64,000 nt of DNA. It comes from Azolla caroliniana. Its lineage: Eukaryota > Plantae > Polypodiophyta. Shown piece by piece: positions 36,120-48,442 of the stretch. Below the pieces are notes generated by a model. It saw nothing but the letters and a program-made list of their open reading frames with translations, did not search any database and was not told where the DNA came from. The number at the start of each line of letters is the position of its first letter. Positions within the stretch are counted from its first letter, which is position 1. Made by a program: the position numbers and the translations under genes. The stretch is from contig JBHGNT010000002.1 in NCBI GenBank assembly GCA_043228905.1, positions 7,068,001 to 7,132,000 of the forward strand, in the 5' to 3' direction.

Positions 36120-38199
36120 GTACACATGTACCCAAGAAAAGGAGGTGAAGAAAATGATGGAAAACTTTAAATTATGTAGTAAGTGTAGAAAAGGGCTCAT
36201 AAATACCACTATATATATTCAACTCGTAGTGTATGATGCATAATAACCTTCTACTATAAACCTCATGAATTTATTGATTAGCGCAAGCCACATTGTATGA
36301 TGGATTATTAATAATCTACCACTATAATGTGATAATATGTATCGATTAGCTCAAAAGGGCAACATGCATCTCGTCGTACTACTTACATGAAGAACATAGA
36401 AATGAGCAAGATAATGAACAACTAGAAATGAATGGAATTTGAAAGGTTTAAAAATGTTTGTGCACATATGCTCATTGAATAAGTATCTCATTCTATGACA
36501 TGAAAGATAACCAAAACGACTTTCCATGATGTGCATCATTAAATGTGATTTACTATAGCCATTTCACACACACATGTTCATATTTCTTGGCCACTTACAA
36601 AAGGAAACAAATGAAATGTCTTTGTATTTCATATAAAGAACACAAAGGAAAACATCCCCCCAAAACATACGAGAAAAATACTAAACAAAAGATAAACAAA
36701 AGACTAGGTGCAATTAATGTGACTTAGAATCCTCACAATATTTGTCTCTTACAAGAGAATACTCTCTTCTCAAGGTGAAGGTGATGGTATGTATATGATC
36801 TAGCATATGTGAGGTGTATAAATTCCACTTAATAATGGATATGCCATGCCATGTCTATTGAGTAGTCATGTATATAGTACACACAAGCCATTCCTCATGA
36901 CATGATAAGTTAGTTGCGCCAAACATACTGGGGTTATACTCTTATTACAAAAGCCACTTCAATTGTGTTGCATCTTCCTTAAAATTGTTCTCTTTTCTTG
37001 GGAGTAGACTATTGTGTATTGCCTCTTTCAAGCCTTGGTTAACTTATATTGGCCTCAATCGGACTCTTAAAACTTCATCATCATGCCATCTTCATTCATA
37101 CCTTTTCTCTATGGACACCTTGCATATCCTATCCTTCGCACATGGTGGTGGTCGAATAAAGACATGGGGCTAAGTGTTGACACTATTGGTGTACAAATAT
37201 AGAGGCGAGTTGGACTCTGTGCAACATATGTGGATGTAATGCTTATCTCCTTCATCTTTGGAAACTACATTTCATATACATTAAATATGGTGAAACCATC
37301 AATTTTGACCCTACTACACATAAGGTGCTCCCCTTCTATAGGGAAATTGTAAAGAGACATCAGTATGATCACACCTTCAACACCTCATACATTGGACTTA
37401 TCCTATTAGAGGGACATTATCTTTACAACTATTTTTTGTGCCATCTAATTGAATTTGGTAAACAAAGATTGTGGATCAATACATTGACTAACCAATTACT
37501 ACTAGAGTTGTGATCAAGGTGAGAATAACCTATTTGAATGGTGCCTGCCTCTTGAGTTAACCTCCAACTAGGACAGAAGTAACTAGAAAACATCAGTTAC
37601 TTTAGATAAGGATGCCCTCAAATACACATATCTAACACAAAAATGTGACTTAGATCACACTCACAACAATATGAGGCAAGGCATTGGCCCGTCGGGCCAA
37701 AGCGATGAGAGTAATGCACACTTTGCCCTTAACAAGTTTGTGAGTTCAAGTATCACACTTTGTACAATGCTCTACATTTGATCACATCTAACTATGCTTC
37801 CCACACATCTTCAACGAGACCCAATCCTTCAATGAATTTCTCTCCCAGTTATAGTATGCATCCTTGATTGCAACATTCATCTATAAAGTTCTTGAACATC
37901 GAGTGTACTATGGGAAAATGTTATATTTTTGGTCATGTAGGTCATCTTTGACCTTTGAAGATAATAATAAATCTCCCTCTCCTCCCCCCTTATAAATAAT
38001 GGCTTTCATTAAGAACGAAATGATAACCATGACTAACTTACAAAAAACTTTAGAGCTTTGGGGATCTAAAAACTACGAATTCAAACCTACCCTACATGAC
38101 AATTCAATTTATGAATATGATGACATGTCATCTAGCATAATTGGCTCTCTTCATGGTTTAGATTTTCTGACTTCTCTAACACTATCAATTACTTTGCAT

Positions 38200-38740
38200 A
38201 TTCCCTAACTTGTGAATCAAAAGTGAAGGCATTTTGCATTATGCAATTAAACCATGCACCCCAATACAGCCTCAAGAACTCAAAAATAATCTGGGGATGG
38301 GCCATCACTCTATTGTTCTTCATATGTACCAAAACTCAATTGAATGAAGATAGTCTTACTCTAGTCAAAGCATCCACACTAAATTGATACACCTCCAAAT
38401 CATTCTAGTGATTGGGCAAGAGAGAAATCAATGCCTACAATGTTTCGCTTCCACTAAGCTAAAGAAGCACACTTCCACTAGCAAACTTTCTTTTGTTTAA
38501 TGCATCCCTTGATGGTAAAGCTTCAATCATACCTTGCAATGATAATAATCCTTGCAACTTATGCCCACTAAAGCGATAACCTCTTGGAACACGAAATGTT
38601 GATCTTGATATTTAGAATGCCATTAATCTTCTTTTTGAAACCAACATAACATCATTCACTATTACCAAACCTAATCTTCTTTGTGATATGTTGTGTATAG
38701 TGGACTAGGAAAAAAGCATCAAATCCAAGTTTATGAAAGG
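38200..38740 (-). mobile_element. Very decayed Copia-like remnant (protease to pre-integrase region)
   Basis: Weak traces on the minus strand (LD-DA-F...YTTYHKE; ISLAQ). No open frame. Confidence 0.3.
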
Positions 38741-40124
38741 TTAAAGGTTGGGTCGAAAACATGACTACAATGAAATGTCACGGGATGAGACTTACGACAA
38801 CTAAAAGATATTACTCAACTAGTGAGAGCTAACCCTTAGATTGATAAAGTGTAAGGTTCAAATATAGTTAAGGGGGGATGATGGGAGAAAGGTGATCTAT
38901 GGTAAACAAGGTGTATGATAAAAATCAAAAGGGACATAAAATTTGCGTCAATGTAGTTTAGAGGTCAAATGCTACAAAAAGGAAACTTGCTAGATTTTGT
39001 TTGATGGACTCTAAAAACCTATAAAACGAGAGCTCATTGCTAGGGATTGGCATCTTTAGAGAAACACTTAGGTTTTGTTAGTGAATAGATTGTTGCATGA
39101 TAGTGAACCACGAGGGTGTGTAGGAGGCCTATTATGACACAAGATGATGTGGCCATCGATCAGAGACTTGATCATTGAAACACGAGAATCTCCTCCTAGC
39201 ACTCTATCAATTCTTATTTTCTTGATTTCTTCTCTCTAAAGATGGAATCTAGCTCCCCATGAAACAGGATTGAGGGTTTATACTATGTTGCATCATGTTA
39301 TAATCTTCTGACTTGTGAATATCTGTAATTTTATTATCGTAAACTATGTGGATTTGTGAAGGATCTTGAGTATGTTGTAAAATTGAAGTCAAACAAGGTT
39401 CATCACGACATTTTGGATCAAGGATTAGATCATTGAGCACCCATCAACATGTGGAAATGTGTAAATTCAAAAGAGGTGGCATTCATCTCTTTATAGTTGG
39501 TTTCCATTGTGTAGTTGCCCAGAAAACTTTGTAAAAGTCACTACAAAATTTTCAGGAGCTTCTCTAAGGAAATCACAATCAAATGAGTTGCAAATGAGTA
39601 GAGTTGAAATCGTAGCAATGGCTCATAAAACTCGGCGTTCAGCCAAGCGAGTGGCATTCATGCTTTCGAAGTCAAGGAAACTTGTGAAGAAGTGAATTGG
39701 AGAAAATATCGTCAAATCAAGCACAAATCAAGCATTGGGATGTCAAATTAGCTAAAGTCCCATCAACAAGAAAAGAGGGAACAAGGAACTCTTCTCCCCC
39801 CCTCAGCCTTAACACCAATGAGTTCGAATTCAACTCCAAGTCCCACCTCCACAACTCCCTCTCCGTAGACTACAATTATGATTGGCCGGTCGACATCCAC
39901 GAATCCCCCACCTCCCACCACCCGAACCACGAGCCCAAGGCTATGACAACCTCTCACTCTCGGTGTTCGTCCACTTTGGAGGTTCCCTCTCCCTCTCTCT
40001 CATCACTCAACAGTCGTTGCCTATGGCCTCCTATCGGTCTCTCTCTCAAGTTTTAACTTCTAACTTCTAACCGTCTAATTTCTAACTTTCTAAACCCTAT
40101 TATTAAATCACATAAACGCCTTAA

Positions 40125-40283
40125 ACAATTTGCGCCAGTTTGGCAAGGCTCAAGCGAAGCTGAGCTCATACAGTTTAGGTAGGTTCAAGCCTAAGCCGAG
40201 ACGAGACGAGACGAGCCCCTAAGCCATTTTAAACCGGTTTAGCTAAATGGTTTAGTCTTGAGCTGAGCCGTTGTCGATCCCTA
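40125..40283 (-). mobile_element. Possible hAT terminus
   Basis: The minus strand begins TAGGGATCG, followed by clustered GAGCT/GAGCC/CGAGA subterminal motifs. No partner end or TSD was found. Confidence 0.4.
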
Positions 40284-40660
40284 ACAACACTCTTAAAATA
40301 ATATAATGTAATGATATTATATATTATATATTCTTAAATCTTTATTCTTTACTAATAATATTAGTTGAAACTTAAAATTAAATTTATACAATAACCTTTG
40401 TTAAATATTCTAAGAGTCTAGACTCTAGGTTTAATTTTAATGTTTTAAGTCTTAACTACTAAACCTATTTTTTTCATACTTATTGCTATCCTTTATTAAA
40501 AACTTTAGGTCAGTAAAAACACTAAGTAGTTAATATCATAGTGTAAACTTACATGTGTAAGTTACACTATCCTAAAAATAGATACATATCTTGTTTGTGC
40601 TTTGGCTTAAAAAACATTAATACGATATTTATTTTATGTATTTCATTATCTTTGTGAGCT

Positions 40661-42736
40661 TTCTCATGAAACACATCCTATGTGGCACCCACATCCCGCT
40701 TTCAAATGGATCAATCAAGGAGCGAGCACTAAATATTTGGGTTTCCAAAAGTGGTTTCAACATATCGCCGGAGATTATGATTGCACCTGTTGTCCATTCC
40801 ATTCGACAAAAGTTGATATGTTGGAGTTCCAAAAAACTGTTGCTAGCGGGTCGAATCATAATGGCAAACCAGGTACTACTCGCAACAACATGGTACAGTC
40901 TATCATGTTGGACAATCTCCAACGAAAGTATACATCGGATTCAATGACTGGTATGCAACTACATTTGGTCTGGTAAGGAAGATAATGTAACTTGTGCCAA
41001 GGTGGCGTGGCTTATACTCACAACACCGAAGTTGAGAGGGGGATTGGGTCTTATTGATCCCCTCTTACAATCAAAAGCCTTATTCGCCAAATTTGTGGTG
41101 TGAGGACTTCTACCAGGAAATGATTGTTGAAAAATGCTACTGCGGTTACGTTTCACGTACTTTAGGCCACGAAAAGGGGTCAATTGGGCCCCCCAAACAG
41201 GTTGGATTCTAAACATGGATCTCAAACCTAGTTTCTCCCGCCAATTGGAGGATAGATTCAGTGCATCCATGTGGAAGGCATGGTGTGACATTAGGTGAGG
41301 GCTCAAGTGCGATCAACCGAGTTCCGAACCTGCTTGGCTCAGTCAACGTATCCTTGATACATGGAACCCATGTATCAAGGATGAATCTAATCAACTACTT
41401 GGATCAAGTAAGGGGTTGTCATGTGGTTACATTGCCAAAGGTCCAAGAAGAAGTATAGAATGTTGGAGACGGTTTATGTCGCTGCCACTACAAGATCAAG
41501 CCAACATACTCCATGGAATCAAGGGCGGATTGACTATGAGATCAAAAATCATTAACGCTCTACTGATTAGGGAAGTTGCTACTCAAAGGACAACAATGGA
41601 GAAATGGATAGGATATGAGGAGGAGGGATCTTTGATCCCGAAAGGTAGGGGATCACCGGACAGGATCGAAGGCTTTGAATTACGAGGCCCGGAGACACCA
41701 ACATAGAATAACGCAATTTGAGTACTTGCGTATATTGGTCATAAATGGATTGTAGATCCTGATCCGATTAAAGTACAACCCGATTGGCACATATGTACTC
41801 ATGAAAACACATGGCTACATAAGGTCAGTTGGGACCCTTTGCAATGAGCATGGCGTGATCCTTACGTGGGGCCAGGAAGCAAACCCATCCCTTTCTTCCA
41901 ATTCACAACTACATTGGGTCGCCACATTCTAGCTGCTCAAACCGTTCGAGAGTCGGCTGCTGCAAAGGTCTGGCACACATATCAAGTTCCTCACACAATT
42001 ATCACCAAGTTTTGGCAGAAAATCTGGAAACAACAACACACGAGGCGAATTACCACGTTCCAATGGCTATTAATACATAAGTCACTACCGGTGGGAGCAT
42101 GGCAACATGGGAACCTTAGCTCTCCTAATTGTGTAGAGTGTCCAAATGTAGTAGAATCAATACGCCATGCTCTGTGAGATTGCCCAACGTCCCATTGAAT
42201 ATGGGGCCGCTTGCTGCAATTATGCCAGGTGCAAGGCTCAATCAAGTGGGGAAATATATGTTGGCTATCATGGCAGACCCCAGCTAGCAGATACGAGCAT
42301 CATGAGGAGGGGATGACTTTCGTGTTAAAAGCATAAGAGGTTTTTTTCTCCACCATCGGCAATGTCCACTCAACTCCTCTTAATGACGAATCTCAAGTTG
42401 TGTTGGAATTGGTCAACCCAATAACTCTTTGGATTCTATGGAATGTAGATGGGTCTTCTCTAACCAAACTGTGCATTCAACAATGTTACTGCAAGAGGTA
42501 TGGAGTGAAATTGTAGCCACTCTAAAGAGCCAATATGATGGCCTCAAGGGCAGCTCTGATGGAGTTGAAAGACAACGAATAACCTTCATCCAACAATGGT
42601 CTTCCTGTCCCTTTAGAGAGTTAGTGGGCATCCCCATAAGATGGAACTATTGCGTCCCTGCAGGGATTTGTACATAATAATCTCATTTGTAAAATTTTAT
42701 AACTAATGGAAGGAGTTTTTTTGGAAAAATAAATAA
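40661..42736 (+). mobile_element. 5'-truncated LINE (L1-like) with ORF2 C-terminal remnant
   Basis: 13-bp TSD ATCTTTGTGAGCT (40648-40660 and 42737-42749). A-rich (AAAT) tail. Motifs KYLG, LAGRIIMANQVLLATTWY, KVAW, GGLGL and zf-RVT CVECPNVVESIRHAL*DC. Confidence 0.9.
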
Positions 42737-44391
42737 ATCTTTGTGAGCTAGTTATGTTGATTTGTCTATCTTTGCGTGCTTTTTATAGTAATGAAATGTG
42801 TAACGATGTAGCATTATAGAGCTTTTCATTTTTACAATTGTTATGTCAAATGACATGTTAGTTTTTGCAGTCTTATGTCAAATTCAACATAACTAGCAGA
42901 AAAAGTTTTAACTTCCAACGTCTAAGACATGGTAGTTTTTAAAGATGTATGTCAAATGAACTTCCAACAATATTGTTGATGCCATATGTGCGTTTGTCTA
43001 GTGTAGAATACTAAATATTGCACTATTTTTCTCGCCTCTTATTCAAATCTTCTCCACAGAAACTCTTTTTGTCAAATAAACGCAAAACCTCCATAGCTTT
43101 GATCCCACAACCAATTTAGGAATTACATTTCTAGCATGCATTTAAACATGATTACAAGACAACCATGATACATTAACTAGAGCTTTATGCTCATGTGTTG
43201 ATCCCAAATGAATAGAAACATATACAACTAAATGGTTCATATTAAGAAATTAGACAAAAAGTATTACACAAAAGTAATGGCTTGATATTTCACCCACAAT
43301 ATCATGGTGATACTATCAATTGTCATTCTTGTGTCGTTCTAAAATGAGCACATATTTTACAAAATTGACCATTTTTGGCCAATCATGTTTTCAACTTGTG
43401 GCCTTGGTATTAATTATAGGATACTTTTTGTGACTCATAAAAGTAATAATCGTATAAATAACATCATTCGAGAAATTTGCACCCTTCAAAAAAGAGCTCA
43501 AAACCATAGATGTTATGGATACTTTTATTTGTGATAACCCCCCATTAAAATAGAGGGCCATTGAGAGTGAGACAAATTGTTAAGTGGGAGATTGAAGAAA
43601 ATAATAAACTTCCATTATCTCCACTTTGCATGATAGGTTGTAGAGAGGAATTTTTGTTGGTGGGTAATAAAAGAATCCCATGCTTTAACATCTCCCATGA
43701 ATTTTCCATAAAAGAGCCAAATTAATAGATATTTTCATGTTTTATCCTAAATTAATGGTTTCATGATAGTACATTGTCTGTATCAATGCCTCTTCAATGC
43801 TCTTTGAAATCTTTATAGAATCATTGGCAACCTCACCATAGTCATTACAAAGAGTGAAGACGGTTGCATACCACTACTAGGCTTTACCCAACTAGTACAA
43901 GTGTAGCAAGTGACTTGGGATGACGTTGTTCACATCGGCATATATGTATCAAGAATGAACACCTAAACTGGATTGTCAAAATACAGTAATCATTTGGTTA
44001 AGTGCGAACTTTGAACGCAAGGAAAAAGTGCACATTTAACCGAGCGCTACACACTTAGGGGTTTTTTGAAAAAGTTCAAGTGTTTTTTGAAATTTTTCCC
44101 TTCTATGCTCTAATAATATAATTCTTAATAAGAAAAGTGATCAATTTACATGATATAATTGTTACACTTATGTGTTCCTCAAGTAGCTTTGATGTGAACC
44201 TTTTCCCTATACATGGACACTTTTTACTCTGGTGCTGGCTAGAGGTTTTTTCCCACATTACCACTTACATTATTCACTCATATGTGGTGGTACTTTGTAC
44301 TTAGGGATATATTTTAGCTCTTACTTCAGTTTAGCATAATTCATCAATAGAGAGAGTTATTCTAGCCATCATCTTCTCTGTGTGTCATGTT

Positions 44392-45186
44392 TAAGGTTGT
44401 TAGGTACATTAGATACGGTGCGAATACAATATGTATATAACGTATTAATACGGATATAGTACCTCCCAATTTAAAAATTCGTTAAATACGTTTTTTAATA
44501 TGTTAAATACTTATAAAATACGTATTTTACATATAGTACGTTAAATACTTCTAAAATTTGAAAATTATTTAACTTTCTAAAAAATATTTGTAATATTGTA
44601 AAAAGCATCTATATTTACACAATTTTGTGATGTACATTATAGTTCTACAACTTAAAATACTTATAATATGGATGTCAACATTCACTTATTCTATAAATCA
44701 GTGTAAGCGTGTATCACGATATTCTATTTCAAATTGTAATTATTTACGATTATGCCTTCATAAATTGAGGAATCGGCTACGATTATCACACTTAAGATAA
44801 GTTTCTGTCTTCTTTTCTCTCTTCTTCATCTCCATCTTCTATCTTCTATGATTATCACAGGTACAGTCAGGACATGTTTATGTCTTCTTTTCTCTCTTTT
44901 TCTTTTTCTTTTTCTTTTTCTTCGTCATCTCTTTTGTTCTTCTTTCTATCTTCTTTTTGCTTCTTTTTCACTAAAATCTTTTTTTTCTTTTGCTTTTAGT
45001 TGGGGTTTTACTTACATTTTCTTATAAATACGTATTATACTTGTTTTTTCAGATGTATGTTAAATATCGTATTGGACAAATGTACATGATATTTGACCGA
45101 ACAACATTGAGGTATAGTACGTACTATACAAATTATGAGGTACTATACGTATTTAAATGTTAAATACGAGTACGTAAACAACCATG
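44392..45186. mobile_element. Probable non-autonomous DNA transposon (hAT-like MITE)
   Basis: Imperfect TIR (TAAGGTTGTTAGGTAC / GTACGTAAACAACCATG) with repeated AATACG/CGTATT subterminal motifs. No clean TSD. Confidence 0.45.
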
Positions 45187-46390
45187 GGACTTATGTTGCA
45201 TTTGTACTTCTTGTGTGTCTCTCACACTCCTACACACACCCAATAGTGGTATCAGAGCAGGTTCTTCATTTTCTCCATTTTTTTCGATTTTTTCGCGCTA
45301 TAGTGCGCTCACAGTTTTAAGAGTGCAAATCAACTTTCGAACATAGAGAAGTGAATTTTGGCACTATGGGAGCATGTCCACTAGGTGTCTCGATGTTTTA
45401 CCCCCATTTCAAAGTTGTTCGAGTAGTCAAAATTGCCATCTGAGTGACAATTTGTGAGCTGAAATTTCAACACTCATTTCAGATTTCGTTGAAGTAAGAT
45501 TTTGTCACTTTCTTGTTCTTTGGTGAAATGGTGAACAATAGTGACTTGTTTGGGATGCTTCAAGCTGAAGGTAAGCTTGATGGGACTAACTATCTGATGT
45601 GGTCCTACATTATGAAACATGTTCTTGCTGCCAAACAATTATGGAACATAGTGGCAAATGTAGACTGGTGCCCTACATGTCCTTCTACTTCACAATCTAC
45701 TGTCATAGATACAGGTTCTTCTTCGAGCACAATGGCTACACCTACTCCATCTACACAGGAGCAACTTAGATGGGATGGCAAAGATGTTCAACCTCATACA
45801 TTGATTGCGTTTTCTGTGAAGCGTCATATAGTTCCACATATTAGGTCATGCTCTACATCAAAACAGGCATGGGACACTCTTGCTTCTTTGTATGTCGTGC
45901 ATAATGAAGCACGTGTTGTATATTTGAGAAAGCAACTTGAGGATGTATGTATGGCTGAAAATGAGTCAGTGGATGTGTATGTGTTGTCCGCCGGAATAGT
46001 AACCGACGGCCAAAAGCGTAGGAATAAGAAACTATATAAAGCGTAACGTATGTAACGGTTCACGCGGGGAAGCGTGAACGGCTAATTAGACCCTGCATAT
46101 ATAAAGGGCAGAAAACCTCTTAAGGAGGTACATGTAAATTTTGGGAAATGTAAAAGAACGCCTGATAATAGAATACTATCTTCTCTGAGTTTTTGTGTAT
46201 AGCTATGACTAATTCAATGTCTGTGTCTCGGATACGTAATCGTAGTAGTACGTAAGCGCAACCTGTGATAAGGAGTCGGTTGTAGCCGTCTCCCCTTACA
46301 CACGGAGGAATCACAGAGGTTCTCTCCTCATGTAATACGATTAAGCTCTGTTCGTTGTTCCACACCCACCTTGGGGTCTAGGTTGAAGGA

Positions 46391-48397
46391 TTGAGGCGCA
46401 GATTGGACAGAAAAGATGGGTGGGGGTTGGTAAAAAATGCCCCCACAGATCCAGAGGCACCTACCGCAGGCGAAGGCCCCGCAACAGTAGAGCCGAATAC
46501 CACCTTCGAAATCATCCGGGAGCCGCGGCCGATTATTATGACTCAGTCCCAACGAGAGAAAGCCGTATTGACGGCGGAAAGCGAGGTTTTGGCATATCCG
46601 GATATTCTGGATACGGCCCACGAATTCAACGCCCTCTTGCAGTTCGGGACCTCTTTCGAGCTCATGGAGTTCCTGGCAACACAACAGGTCAAAGCCGCCC
46701 AACGCATGGCCGAGGAGCATGCGGAACGACAGATGATAGAGCGCGCCCTAACACAAACAACGGAGAGCGACGATGAGGACCGGCTAGCCAGGGTCGGCAG
46801 ACAGAGGAACGCTGGGGTACGACGAGTAGGGATGGAGATACCACCCTTAAACACAGCCCTAGTCGAAGTCCATCGGGAACTGGCAAAGGTGAGCATGGGC
46901 ACCAAGGAGATGGCCATAAAAAATAAGAATGTCTGGAAGAAGGTTAAACTGACCGAAGCCGAACTACAAAAGGCCAACGCACGCATCGCGGAGTTAGAAG
47001 CTCATACAACTACGGCGCAACACGAAACCCCGCCACTGAACCACGTTATCAACGCTCTCAAAGAAGAAATCGAGGCTCAGACCGCCATCGCCTCAAAAGC
47101 AAAAAGGGCCGTGCAGCTAGCGGAATCCGAAATTGACCGTCTTCGAGCAGAGCTACGCCAATCCTCCGATAGAGAAAAGGAGATACGGGCTAACGGACGA
47201 AAGGCCGTAAAAACGCTTGAAGAGAAACTAGGTACGGAGGTGGCTTAGCACATCCGGACAAAAGACGACAACGCCCAATTATGAGAGGATGCGAAGAAAT
47301 CAGAGGCGGCAATAGCAGGACTTCGGGCCTTATTAGAGAAAAAGAAGGTATGGTTCGATGAACAGTTGGTAGTCGAACAAGACAGAAGGCATCAACTCGA
47401 AATCCGCCTAAACAATGAAATGGGGAAATTAGAAAAACAACATGAAAAGGAATCCCAGCTATGGGCGGGCCTGAAGGCCACGTATGAGGAAGCGGCAACC
47501 GTTAAACAGCAGGAAATCGCGAATCTCCAGAAGTCGATGGAAGACGCACACAACCGCTGCCAGGCCATCACGGATAACGTGCGCATCCTTCTCCAAACCA
47601 ACCGAGAAAGGTTCACAGCGCAATTGAAAACGACGCTGGACAAAGGATGGATGGCGTGGGCAACCCAAGCAACGGAATTGCACGCGTATCGTGCGGACTG
47701 GGAGAGCCGGCGGAAAGACGACCGAGGGTTTTATAAGCTAAACAAGGAGAGCATTGCGACCGTACGGGAGGACCTAGCGCAAGACTATCGCGCGTTAGCA
47801 GACCAACACTCCGAAGAACTCGCACAACTCCTAGATGATTTTGGTGAAAGTCAGGAGGAGCTATTTCACCAGATCACACAAACCGGCAACACGCACACAA
47901 ACGAGGAACCCAGCGAGACACCAATTCCGGTCACAGCCGAAGAAGAGGAACCTCAAGTCCGATCACCAGCGAGGACAATGGGGGAGAATAGAGGGGACGA
48001 ACAAGCGGAGTTCCCCACAAGACCAGACAGCGAAACCATTAACCAACAAAAGGTCCAACCCACACCATCTTCAGAAAACGCGGAAAATAGTGCGGACCAG
48101 GCGGAATCCCCGCCCCACGCCCAGGGACACACAAAAACGGCCAACACCGCGGAGGACGTAACAATAGAGGCGGAGCAGCAGCCGACTGCAAGCACGCTAT
48201 CGGTGGAGCCCAGCCCACGAACTCAAGAAGAGCCCACCGTACCCGGACCACCCGCACACGGCGAAGGCGACTCCGAGAGAAACCAGGCCAACCAAGCAGA
48301 GGAGCCGCACCACGATGCACCTACGGGCCCTACATCAACTCCGACCGAGGACACCACAACAGAGCCGAACATCCGGGGCATTTTGGAAGAAGATTAA
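46391..48397 (+). pseudogene. Accessory ORF of element C: 5'-truncated coiled-coil protein with an acidic Pro/Thr-rich tail (about 668 codons, two in-frame stops)
   Basis: ORFs 46391-47248 and 47366-48397 are in the same frame, separated only by TAG and TGA (likely C-to-T changes from CAG and CGA). The centre is heptad-like and E/K/A/L-rich. No gag or pol motifs. Confidence 0.75.
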
Positions 48398-48420
48398 CGA
48401 AATGGGTCCGACGTGCAAAG

Positions 48421-48442
48421 GCACTGTCCCACAGGCGTGCCA
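48421..48442 (+). promoter_or_regulatory. tRNA-Arg 3'-end-like sequence immediately before the LTR
   Basis: GCACTGTCCCACAGGCGTGCCA + GG + TGTTG (LTR start at 48445). Confidence 0.8.

Noticed and set aside
33600-40100. Short ORFs upstream of the RLK, including 39697-40056
   Set aside because: No recognisable domains or splice structure. Treated as intergenic DNA or old TE debris.
46391-48397. env-like gene call for the accessory ORF
   Set aside because: No signal peptide or transmembrane segment is visible in the retained part.
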